57,825 bases of DNA from Eubacteriales bacterium (lineage in GTDB: Bacteria; Bacillota; Clostridia; Oscillospirales; CAG-272), in NCBI GenBank assembly GCA_045591885.1, contig JAZNTT010000080.1:1-57825 (forward strand), given 5' to 3'. A program made the translations under genes and the position numbers. Below the pieces are notes generated by a model, which saw only the letters and a list, made by a program, of their open reading frames with translations, had not been told where the DNA came from and ran no database searches. Within the stretch, counting starts at the first letter, position 1. Every line of letters starts with the position of its first letter. Positions 1 to 8,485 of this stretch are shown here, piece by piece.

Positions 1-2
1 CT

Positions 3-293
3 CACAGAACGACATGGCTACGATCCGACTTGATACTTCATCTTGAAGACAGGGACATCAGCACGCTCAGCGACGGAGAATTCCAGAAGGCATGCATCGC
101 ATCCGCCCTTGTAAGACATTCCGGGATCATACTTCTGGACGAACCGACTGCGTTTCTGGATGCTGAAAACAAGGTGTCAGTCCTGCAGACTCTGAAGGCA
201 TTGTGCCGACGCCCCGATGCTCCTGCAGTGATATTCTCGACCCATGACATACATGAAGGCCTCAAGGCATGCAACAAGGTCATCGCCCTCGGT
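3..293 (+). CDS. ABC transporter ATP-binding protein, C-terminal fragment (5' end outside window); reads in frame into the next feature
   Basis: Frame open from nt 3. Translation contains LSDGEFQK (signature-like), IILLDEPTAFLD (Walker B/D-loop), FSTHD (H-loop) and CNKVIALG, as at the end of an ABC ATPase. Confidence 0.7.
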
Positions 294-1244
294 GCGGACA
301 AGGTCTTCGACATCGACTTCGGTGCTGACGTTACCATCGTTGAAGAAGCAACCGAACTGCTCGACCGTGTCAAGAACGGCGGCGTTCTCCCGATGATCAC
401 CTCCTGTTCGCCCGGTTGGGTCAAGTTCTGCGAGTTCTACTATCCGAACCTCATCGATCACCTTTCTTCCTGCAAGTCTCCTCAGCAGATGGCAGGCGCA
501 GTAATCAAGACATACTACGCTAATAAGATGGGTATTGATCCTAAGGATATCGTATCCGTTTCCGTAATGCCTTGTACCGCTAAGAAGTTCGAGATCGGTC
601 GTCCCGATCAGAGCGCTGCAGGTGTTCCTGACGTTGATATCGCTCTTACGACGAGAGAGCTTGCAAAGATGATCGACCGTGCAGGTCTTAAGTTCACCAT
701 GCTTCCCGATGAAGAGTTCGATTCTCCTCTCGGCGAGGATACTGGTGCAGCTGTAATCTTCGGTGCTACCGGTGGTGTTATGGAGGCAGCTCTCCGTACC
801 GCTAACGACTGGCTCACCGGCAAGGACAACCTTGACGTTGATTTCCACGCAGTACGCGGAACTGAGTCCATCAAGGAAGCTACCGTTAATATTAACGGTA
901 CTGACATTAAGGTTGCTGTTGCAAGCGGCGCTACCGCAGCTCAGGAAGTTATGGAGAAGATCAAGAACGGCGAAGCTGATTGGACCTTCATCGAGATCAT
1001 GGGATGTCCCGGCGGCTGTGTAAACGGCGGCGGTCAGCCCATTCAGCCCCAGTATGTTCGTGATACCGTAGACCTCAAGGCAGTTCGTGCTAAGGCGCTC
1101 TACGATCAGGATGCAGGCATGGCTCTCCGTAAGTCTCATGAATCTCCCGTTGTTAAGGCACTTTACAGCGAGTGGTACGATGGCTTTGGCGGTCATAAGG
1201 CACATCACGACCTCCACACTACTTACGTTAAGAGAACTAAGTAA
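294..1244 (+). CDS. [FeFe]-hydrogenase catalytic H-cluster domain, C-terminal ~316 aa only (no own start; N-terminal domains missing)
   Basis: DKVFDIDFGADVTIVEEATEL, PMITSCSPGW (L1-like), MPCTAKKFE (L2), EIMGCPGGCVNGGGQP (L3). Colinear with the clostridial HydA C-terminal half. Stop TAA at 1242-1244. Confidence 0.85.
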   Translation, partial: ADKVFDIDFGADVTIVEEATELLDRVKNGGVLPMITSCSPGWVKFCEFYYPNLIDHLSSCKSPQQMAGAVIKTYYANKMGIDPKDIVSVSVMPCTAKKFEIGRPDQSAAGVPDVDIALTTRELAKMIDRAGLKFTMLPDEEFDSPLGEDTGAAVIFGATGGVMEAALRTANDWLTGKDNLDVDFHAVRGTESIKEATVNINGTDIKVAVASGATAAQEVMEKIKNGEADWTFIEIMGCPGGCVNGGGQPIQPQYVRDTVDLKAVRAKALYDQDAGMALRKSHESPVVKALYSEWYDGFGGHKAHHDLHTTYVKRTK

Positions 1245-1247
1245 TAT

Positions 1248-1282
1248 AAAAAAGAGAAGCTGTTTTACAGCTTCTCTTTTTT
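1248..1282 (+). terminator. Rho-independent terminator after the hydrogenase ORF
   Basis: Stem AGAGAAGCTG / CAGCTTCTCT followed by a T-run. Confidence 0.75.
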
Positions 1283-1289
1283 GATAAGT

Positions 1290-1314
1290 AAAGGCATCGC
1301 CAAGCGATGCCTTT
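1290..1314 (-). terminator. Terminator hairpin downstream of pheT
   Basis: AAAGGCATCGC..GCGATGCCTTT hairpin directly after the pheT stop on the minus strand. Confidence 0.6.
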
Positions 1315-1326
1315 AGTATTTTGATT

Positions 1327-3690
1327 TTAAGCTCTCAACGAGATTCCTATTGCATTAAGCTCAGCGATGATCTTATCAACGCTTGCCTGTACCTCTTCCA
1401 TCGAAAGAGTTCTTTCGTCAGAGGAGAAGGTGAAGCGAACTGTGATACTCTTCGTTTCGCCGTTGTCGTATATGTCGGTAACGATAACGTCGGTAAGGTT
1501 TTCAAGCTCAAGCTTCGTCCAAGCGTTTTCGGCGTCAGAGAAGCGGTTACCAGCGCCCATTACTATCGAAAGGTCGTAATCGATTCCGGGGAACTTGGAT
1601 GGCTCCTTGTAGGAAAGGGAAGCAACAGTAGCGGTATAGAAATCGTCAAGGTCTATCTCAACACAAGCAACTGCCGCATTCTTATCGATCTTACCGAGTA
1701 CGGTAGGATGAAGTGTATTGATAACACCACAATCAACTCCGTTTACGGTAATAGAAGCTGTGTTCTTCGGGTGCTGATATGCGTGAACAGGTGCGATCTT
1801 AGCGAAGGTCGGCTCGCAGTGCTTGACCTCGGTGCAGAGCGTACGAAGCATCGAAAGAGCCTTCATATAAAGCTCCTTTTCGCTTACGCGCTTGCTGTAA
1901 AGAGTGTAGCAAAGAGTGCGTCTTTCGTTGCATTCGCCGTTTTCCTTAAGTCCCTTAACTACACGTGCGATCTCGAAGATACCGAAGGTGTCAGCAAATC
2001 CCTTGTTTTCATAAACGAAGGAAAGCAATGTCGGAATCATAGAGTTTCTGACAGTGCCGTTTTCGGGCGTCGGAATGTTAAGGATTCTTACGTTGTTTTC
2101 AACGTCAATTCCGAGCTTCTTATATTTCTTACCGTCACACCAAATATAAGAATGAACCTCATGAAGTCCGAAACGCTGAACGAGAATATTCTTGATCGAC
2201 GCGTCCTCGTCCTTGTTTACAGAACGGCGAACGGGCTTAAGAAGCGATTTTGTTGACGAAATATCGAAGTTATCGTAGCCGTAAACACGGGTGATCTCTT
2301 CAATAATGTCTGCCTTGATGGTAACGTCCTTGGTAGCACGCCAAGAGGGAACAGTAACGGTAAATACGCCGTTATCAAGCTTAACACCGAATCCGAGAAG
2401 AGTAAGAGTGCTGACAATGCGTTCCTCGGAAATATCAATTCCCGTATATCGGTCAACGTATTTCTTATCGAACGAAAGGATGATCTCGGGATACTTCTGA
2501 ACGTAAAGATCGGAAAGATTAGATGAAATATATGCGCCCTCGTCAATAGAGGTGAGAAGCTTGACGAATCTCTTGATAGCGGTAAGGGTAAGCTCGGGAT
2601 CGAGGATCTTTTCGTAACGCATACTTGCGTCGGTACGAAGTCCGAGACGCGAGCTCGACTTTCTTACACAAACGCCATCAAAGTTTGCTGATTCGAGAAC
2701 GACCGACGAAGTGTCGTCGATGATCTCGGAATCAAGACCGCCCATAATACCTGCAATAGCGACAGGGGTGTCGTTATTGTAGATCATAAGCGTGTTGTCG
2801 GTTATCTCTCGTTCAACGTCATCAAGAGTTTTGAAATTAAAGGATTCGCTCGGGGTGCCAACCTTGATTGCGTCGATCTTCTTCGCGTCAAATGCGTGAG
2901 TCGGCTGACCGAGCTCAAGCATGATGTAGTTAGAAAGGTCGGCAAGAAGGTTGATTCCTCTCATACCGCAGTAGTACAGACGTATTTGCATAGCAAGGGG
3001 GCTTCTGTTCTTGGAAATTCCCGACATTTCAAGGCAGGAATAACGGTATAGTAGGTCCTCTCTCGTCGTCGAAACCGGGATCGTCTTATCGCCGCTGTAT
3101 ATGATCTCGCCGAGGTCAAGGGGCTTGAGCTCCTTGCCGGTAAGAGCCGCAAATTCTCTTGCTATACCGTAGTGCCCCCAGAGGTCGGGACGGTTGGTGA
3201 GAGACTTATTGTCTACTTCAAAGATAATGTCGTCAATCGGATAAACGTCCTTGATATCCGTTCCGAGAGGAGCGTCAACGTCGATAGGCATAAGTCCTGT
3301 GTGTCCCTCTCCGATACCAAGCTCGTCCGCACCGCAGCACATACCGTAAGAATCGTATCCTGCAATAGTTGCCTTGCCGATCTCGCCCGCGCAAACACGT
3401 CCGCCGACAGTCGCAAGAGCGACCTTCTGACCTACCTCTACGTTAGGTGCGCCGCAAACTATGTCAAGGATCTCAGATCCTGTATCGACCTTAAGAAGAT
3501 GAAGCTTCTTTGAGTTAGGATGATTCTCAACTTCCTTGATCTGCGCGATAATTACTCCGCGCACGTCAGTACCCTTGTAAATTATATCCTCAACTTCAGC
3601 AGTAGACAGGGTGAAGCGATGGATAAGCTCTTCAATATTTTCATTAGAAAGATCAACGTATTCCTTGATCCAGTTCATTGATACAAACAT
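1327..3690 (-). CDS. pheT: Phenylalanine--tRNA ligase beta subunit
   Basis: 787 aa. Starts MFVSMNWIKEYVDL. tRNA-binding N-domain, B3/4 and B5 regions. Immediately downstream of pheS. Confidence 0.95.
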   Translation of the reverse strand: MFVSMNWIKEYVDLSNENIEELIHRFTLSTAEVEDIIYKGTDVRGVIIAQIKEVENHPNSKKLHLLKVDTGSEILDIVCGAPNVEVGQKVALATVGGRVCAGEIGKATIAGYDSYGMCCGADELGIGEGHTGLMPIDVDAPLGTDIKDVYPIDDIIFEVDNKSLTNRPDLWGHYGIAREFAALTGKELKPLDLGEIIYSGDKTIPVSTTREDLLYRYSCLEMSGISKNRSPLAMQIRLYYCGMRGINLLADLSNYIMLELGQPTHAFDAKKIDAIKVGTPSESFNFKTLDDVEREITDNTLMIYNNDTPVAIAGIMGGLDSEIIDDTSSVVLESANFDGVCVRKSSSRLGLRTDASMRYEKILDPELTLTAIKRFVKLLTSIDEGAYISSNLSDLYVQKYPEIILSFDKKYVDRYTGIDISEERIVSTLTLLGFGVKLDNGVFTVTVPSWRATKDVTIKADIIEEITRVYGYDNFDISSTKSLLKPVRRSVNKDEDASIKNILVQRFGLHEVHSYIWCDGKKYKKLGIDVENNVRILNIPTPENGTVRNSMIPTLLSFVYENKGFADTFGIFEIARVVKGLKENGECNERRTLCYTLYSKRVSEKELYMKALSMLRTLCTEVKHCEPTFAKIAPVHAYQHPKNTASITVNGVDCGVINTLHPTVLGKIDKNAAVACVEIDLDDFYTATVASLSYKEPSKFPGIDYDLSIVMGAGNRFSDAENAWTKLELENLTDVIVTDIYDNGETKSITVRFTFSSDERTLSMEEVQASVDKIIAELNAIGISLRA

Positions 3691-3703
3691 CGTTCTTCCT
3701 CCC

Positions 3704-4732
3704 TTACTTATCTGTGAACTGCGAAAGCGCCTTTAAGCTTCCGGAATTGAGCATACGGATGTCCTTGATGCCGTATTTCATCATAGCAAGACGTGTAAGA
3801 CCGAGACCGAAAGCAAAACCTGTGTACTTTTCGGTGTCGATTCCGCCGTAGGTAAGTACGTTCGGATGAATCATACCGCAGGGGCAAAGCTCGAGCCATC
3901 CCGAGTTTTTGCAGGACGGGCAACCCTTACCGTGGCAGATGGTACACTGTATATCAAGCTCAAATCCCGGCTCGACGAAGGGGAAGAATCCGGGACGAAG
4001 ACGTACTGTAATATCCTGCTTGAATACCTCGGAAAGCATCGTCTTCATGAAGTAGATGAGGTTAGAAATAGAAATGTCCTCGTCGATCATGATTCCTTCA
4101 AGCTGGAAGAAGGTGTTTTCGTGGCAAGCGTCGGTAGACTCGTTACGGAAGCAGCGTCCGGGGAATATTGCACGGACCGGCGCGCCGTATTTTCTCATGA
4201 TATAGTTCTGAGCAGCAGAAGTATGTGTCTTAAGAAGCTGACCGTTATCGAGATAGTAGGTATCCTGCATATCTCTTGCGGGGTGATGCTTCGGGATATT
4301 CAGCGCCTCGAAGCAGTGATAGTCGTCAACTATCTCACTGTAATCCTCAACGATAAAGCCCATTGACGAGAAGATGTCCTCGACCTCTCTCTGAATGAGA
4401 GTTATCGGATGATAAGAGCCGAGACCGAGGTCGGTAGGAAGCGATTCATCATAAGATTCCGCTTCGTCGATCTTTCTCTGTTCTTCGAGCTTTATAAGCT
4501 CTTCTGTCTTAAGCTTAAGCTGTTCCTCAACAAACTGCTTGACCTGATTGATAACCATTCCCGCTTCTTTTTTCTGATCGTTAGGAACGTTCTTAAGGTC
4601 GTTCATAAGCGAGGAAACGAGACCCTTTTTGCCCGCGTACTCGATACGAAGTGTATCAATTTCAGCGGTAGTAGTTACTTTTGAAAGTGCTTCCTCAAAT
4701 TGTGCCTTTAAGGCGTTTGCATTCTCAAGCAT
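3704..4732 (-). CDS. pheS: Phenylalanine--tRNA ligase alpha subunit
   Basis: 342 aa. Class II aaRS motifs (HPARDMQDTYY, FPGRCFRNE, GFAFGLGLTRLAM). Confidence 0.95.
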   Translation of the reverse strand: MLENANALKAQFEEALSKVTTTAEIDTLRIEYAGKKGLVSSLMNDLKNVPNDQKKEAGMVINQVKQFVEEQLKLKTEELIKLEEQRKIDEAESYDESLPTDLGLGSYHPITLIQREVEDIFSSMGFIVEDYSEIVDDYHCFEALNIPKHHPARDMQDTYYLDNGQLLKTHTSAAQNYIMRKYGAPVRAIFPGRCFRNESTDACHENTFFQLEGIMIDEDISISNLIYFMKTMLSEVFKQDITVRLRPGFFPFVEPGFELDIQCTICHGKGCPSCKNSGWLELCPCGMIHPNVLTYGGIDTEKYTGFAFGLGLTRLAMMKYGIKDIRMLNSGSLKALSQFTDK

Positions 4733-4795
4733 ATTTTTACCTTTTCTCCGACTGAATTTATTTTATTCTACCCCCGTCGGCAGGGAAGAATTGGG

Positions 4796-5032
4796 GAAAA
4801 AGAAAAACCGCCCCATAGATCATGGGACGGGATTACCCGCGGTACCACCCAAGTTCGGAAAATTTCCGCACTCTCTCGCCTTAATGCGGCGACAACATTC
4901 TGCTTAACGCGTTGCTTTTCGCAGAAAAGCTCCACCGCTGAAATTCAGTCCTGAATCGGTAAGACGCTCACAGCCAAGGCGTCTCTCTCTGATACCAAAA
5001 TAACAGTACCTACTTACACGGCTTCACAGCTA
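4796..5032 (-). promoter_or_regulatory. T-box leader (Phe specifier) with terminator, upstream of pheS
   Basis: Minus strand shows AGAGAGAG..GGCTGTGAG stem I elements, a TTC in the specifier region, the T-box core GGGTGGTACCGCG (plus 4838-4850), then a CCCGTCCC..GGGGCGG hairpin plus T-run. Promoter TTGACA(5062-5067)-17nt-TAGAAT(5039-5044). Confidence 0.85.
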
Positions 5033-5152
5033 TAAATTATTCTACCATTATACTATGAATTTGTCAAGAAGAATTGCGAAAAAACACTATTTTACTTGCA
5101 AAAACTAAAGGTTTATGATAGAATAATAGAAGTTTATTTCCGAGGTGTAAAA

Positions 5153-6856
5153 ATGATAAAGAGATTTATATCTTATTACAAGCCACATAAAGCGATATTT
5201 ATAATGGATATGATCGCGGCGCTTCTGCTTTCTGTTTGTTCTATGGTGTATCCACTTATAACAAACCGTATGCTGAAGAATCCGCAGGTCAAGCCGCTTA
5301 TTACCTGGGCGATCATTCTTGCGGCGATATATCTTATAAGATGCGGTCTTAACTACTTTGTTGCGTATTACGGACACGTGATGGGCGTTAAGATGCAGGC
5401 ACAGATGAGACGTGACGTTTTTACACATCTTGAAAAGCTTCCGATAACCTATTTTGACAACAATAAAACTGGAAATATTATGTCTCGAATCGTAAACGAC
5501 TTGATGGACGTTTCCGAGCTTGCGCACCACGGTCCCGAGGATCTGTTTATTTCCGTAATTATGCTCGTAGGTTCGTTTATAGTAATGGGAAGCATTTATA
5601 TGCCGCTGACGCTCATAATTTATGCACTTCTGCCGTTTATGTGCTTCTTTGCTTACAAATCCCAGAAATCGATGCGTTCGGCATTTGCCGAGTCTCGCCA
5701 AGAGGTCGGAAAGATAAACGCAACTCTTGAAAACAGTATAGCGGGAATCAGAATTTCCAAGGCATACACTAATTCGAAGTTTGAATTTGACAGATTCGAG
5801 CGCGACAATAAGGGCTTTGTGAGAGCAAGAAAGCGCGCGTATAAGTCGATGGGAATTTTCCATTCGGGCATGACCCTTTGTATGGACGTCCTCAGAATTG
5901 CTATGTATTTAGCGGGTGGCATATTCGTAGCAACGGGCGAAATAGATATAATCGTATTTACAACCTTTTCTCTATACATAACACTCTTTATGTCGCCTAT
6001 CGAAAAGCTTGTCGGATTTATTGAGCAGTATCAGAACGGTATGACCGGATTCAAGCGCTTTATCGAAATAATCGATGAAAATCCCGAGCAGGATTCACCT
6101 GATGCAATCGACCTTGAAGACGTACGCGGCGAGATCGTATTTGATAACGTTTCCTTCGGTTATAACGAATCAAAAACAGTGCTTTCCAATCTTTCATTTA
6201 AGCTTGAAGAGGGAAAGACGCTTGCACTTGTTGGTCCGTCAGGCGGCGGCAAGACTACAATATGCCACCTTATACCGCGTTTCTACGAGCTTGAAAGCGG
6301 AAATATACTTATCGACGGTAAGAACATTAACGACGTAACCCTTGAATCCCTTCGCCGAAATATCGGTATAGTTTCGCAAGACGTATTCCTCTTTGATTCG
6401 ACTATATACGAAAATATTGCATACGGCGCGCCCGATGCTACGAAAGAAGAGGTTGAGCGCGCGGCTCGTCTTGCGAATCTGCATGAGTTTGTTGAATCAC
6501 TGCCCGACGGGTATGAGACGCTCGTCGGTGAACGTGGCGTCAAGCTATCTGGCGGTCAGAAGCAGAGAGTATCAATTGCGCGTGTATTCCTAAAGAATCC
6601 GCCCATACTTATTCTTGACGAGGCAACGTCTGCTCTTGATAACGCAACTGAGCTTATGATCCAGCAGAGTCTTGAAAAGCTGTGTGCAGGCAGAACGACA
6701 ATAGTCGTTGCCCACCGTCTGACAACCATAAAAAACGCTGACGAAATCCTCGTTATAAACGATGAAGGAATCGCCGAGCGAGGTACTCACGATGAGCTAC
6801 TTGATAAAGAAGGTATATACGCAAATCTCTGGCGCGGAATAACTAAAGTATCATAA
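5153..6856 (+). CDS. ABC exporter, fused permease/ATPase (MsbA/multidrug type)
   Basis: Six-TM N-domain plus GPSGGGKTT (Walker A), LSGGQKQR, ILILDEATSALD. ATG at 5153 is preceded by GAGGTG; the ORF-track start at 5096 (TTG) lacks an RBS. Confidence 0.9.
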   Translation: MIKRFISYYKPHKAIFIMDMIAALLLSVCSMVYPLITNRMLKNPQVKPLITWAIILAAIYLIRCGLNYFVAYYGHVMGVKMQAQMRRDVFTHLEKLPITYFDNNKTGNIMSRIVNDLMDVSELAHHGPEDLFISVIMLVGSFIVMGSIYMPLTLIIYALLPFMCFFAYKSQKSMRSAFAESRQEVGKINATLENSIAGIRISKAYTNSKFEFDRFERDNKGFVRARKRAYKSMGIFHSGMTLCMDVLRIAMYLAGGIFVATGEIDIIVFTTFSLYITLFMSPIEKLVGFIEQYQNGMTGFKRFIEIIDENPEQDSPDAIDLEDVRGEIVFDNVSFGYNESKTVLSNLSFKLEEGKTLALVGPSGGGKTTICHLIPRFYELESGNILIDGKNINDVTLESLRRNIGIVSQDVFLFDSTIYENIAYGAPDATKEEVERAARLANLHEFVESLPDGYETLVGERGVKLSGGQKQRVSIARVFLKNPPILILDEATSALDNATELMIQQSLEKLCAGRTTIVVAHRLTTIKNADEILVINDEGIAERGTHDELLDKEGIYANLWRGITKVS

Positions 6857-6857
6857 G

Positions 6858-6888
6858 AAAATGACCCGACGTTGTCGGGTCATTTTAT
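6858..6888. terminator. Bidirectional terminator between the ABC exporter and the HAD hydrolase gene
   Basis: GACCCGAC-GTT-GTCGGGTC hairpin flanked by an A-run and a T-run. Confidence 0.75.
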
Positions 6889-7512
6889 ATATTCAAATAT
6901 ATCGCTGGGAGCCGTTATAACGGTCTTTCCGAGCGCTTTTAGAGTCGAGTAGCTCTGATGTCCGCCTGTTATCATAAGGCACTTAGCGCCGATGATTTCG
7001 GCGCTCTCAGCGTCGTGCTCGGTATCACCGACGTATATAACCTTCTCGCTTTTATGCGTACTCTTCCAGTAACGGGCAAGCTCAAGCTTCGAGGTAGCAT
7101 ATATGTCGTTAAGACCAAAGATCTCGTCAAACTTATCTGTAATGCCAAAGGAATCGATCTGTCCTCGCAGCATATTTTCCTCGGTCATTGATAGTATCGT
7201 TTGCTTAACGCCAAGAGAATTAAGCTTATCAACTGTTTCGATGATTCCTTTGCGTAGCGCAGCGTGTGGCATTTTGCTGAGATAAATATCGACCCATTCG
7301 TTAGCAAGAACAGAGAAGTCGTATTTGGTAAAGTCAAATCCGACGCGCTCGTAATATCCGATTATCGGAAAACCGAAAACCGAATAATACTTTTCAACGT
7401 CACCTATAGGCGGAAGATCATATCGGGTCAGAAGCTCGTCTGCCGATTCTACTGAGATCTTAAGGTCATCAAGTATAGTACCGTTAAAATCCCATATAAC
7501 CCTGTCAATCAT
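6880..7512 (-). CDS. HAD-superfamily hydrolase (phosphoglycolate-phosphatase-like)
   Basis: 210 aa. N-terminal WDFNGTILDD (DxDGT-like motif I variant) and VGDTEHD motif IV. Confidence 0.7.
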   Translation of the reverse strand: MIDRVIWDFNGTILDDLKISVESADELLTRYDLPPIGDVEKYYSVFGFPIIGYYERVGFDFTKYDFSVLANEWVDIYLSKMPHAALRKGIIETVDKLNSLGVKQTILSMTEENMLRGQIDSFGITDKFDEIFGLNDIYATSKLELARYWKSTHKSEKVIYVGDTEHDAESAEIIGAKCLMITGGHQSYSTLKALGKTVITAPSDIFEYIK

Positions 7513-8108
7513 ATCTCTTTTCTACCGTCCATAGCGTGAAGAAGAGTCATCTCGTCTGCGTAATCAAGATCTCCACCGACGGGAATTCCTGAAGCGAGTC
7601 GCGTTGTAGCGATTCCAAGTGGCTTGAGAAGCTTAGACAGATATATTGCCGTAGTTTCGCCGTCAAGGGTCGGATTTGTTGCGAGAATGACCTCTTTAAC
7701 ACCGCCGTTATTAACTCGGTCAAGAAGGGAAGCGACGTTAATATCGTCGGGACCTCTGCCGTCAATTGGCGAAATAGTACCGCCGAGAACGTGGAAAACG
7801 CCCTTGAAGCTGCGCACCTTTTCGATCGCCATAAGCGCCTTTACGTCCTCAACTACGCAAATAATGCTGCAGTCGCGCTCGGGTGAAGAGCAAACGGCGC
7901 AAAGATCGCTTGTCGAGAGATTGTGGCAAACAGTGCATTCCTTTATAGCACGCTTCGCTTCAAGAAGTGAATTTGCGAAGCGCTCAAGCTTATCGTTATC
8001 CATTTCGGCAACTCCGAAAGCCATGCGTACAGCGCTCTTTCTGCCAACGCCGGGTAGTGAGCGGAGCTGCTCTATGATTATTTCTATCGGCTCAATAAAT
8101 TCTGCCAT
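7509..8108 (-). CDS. recR: Recombination protein RecR
   Basis: 199 aa. LPGVGRKSAVRMAF helix-hairpin-helix, C4 zinc finger CxxC..CxxC, Toprim region. Confidence 0.95.
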   Translation of the reverse strand: MAEFIEPIEIIIEQLRSLPGVGRKSAVRMAFGVAEMDNDKLERFANSLLEAKRAIKECTVCHNLSTSDLCAVCSSPERDCSIICVVEDVKALMAIEKVRSFKGVFHVLGGTISPIDGRGPDDINVASLLDRVNNGGVKEVILATNPTLDGETTAIYLSKLLKPLGIATTRLASGIPVGGDLDYADEMTLLHAMDGRKEI

Positions 8109-8113
8109 ATTTA

Positions 8114-8461
8114 TCAGAACATTCCGGGAATAGATACGTTACCGGTAATCTTCGACATTTCGGCGGAGTTTGTATCCTCAACCTTCTTGATCGCCTCGTT
8201 AACAGCCGCAACGAGAACGTCGGAAAGGGTCTCAATATCGTCGGGATCAACGATCTCGGGCTTGATGTCGATGGAAAGGATCTCTTTTTTACCGTTGATC
8301 TTAACAGTGACTACACCGCCGCCTGCCTTTATCTCGTATTCGCGCTCGTCGAGGTCTGCCTGAAGTGCGGTCATATCGTCCTGCATCTTCTGAACCTGAC
8401 GCATCATGCTTTGCATATTCTGCGGGCCGCCGCCCATACCCTGAGGAAGTCTTGCTTTCAT
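8114..8461 (-). CDS. ybaB: Nucleoid-associated protein YbaB/EbfC
   Basis: 115 aa. MMRQVQKMQDDM..GGGVVTVKINGKKE pattern. Sits in the dnaX-ybaB-recR context. Confidence 0.9.
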   Translation of the reverse strand: MKARLPQGMGGGPQNMQSMMRQVQKMQDDMTALQADLDEREYEIKAGGGVVTVKINGKKEILSIDIKPEIVDPDDIETLSDVLVAAVNEAIKKVEDTNSAEMSKITGNVSIPGMF

Positions 8462-8485
8462 AATTGTATCCTTTTCTAGTTATTA

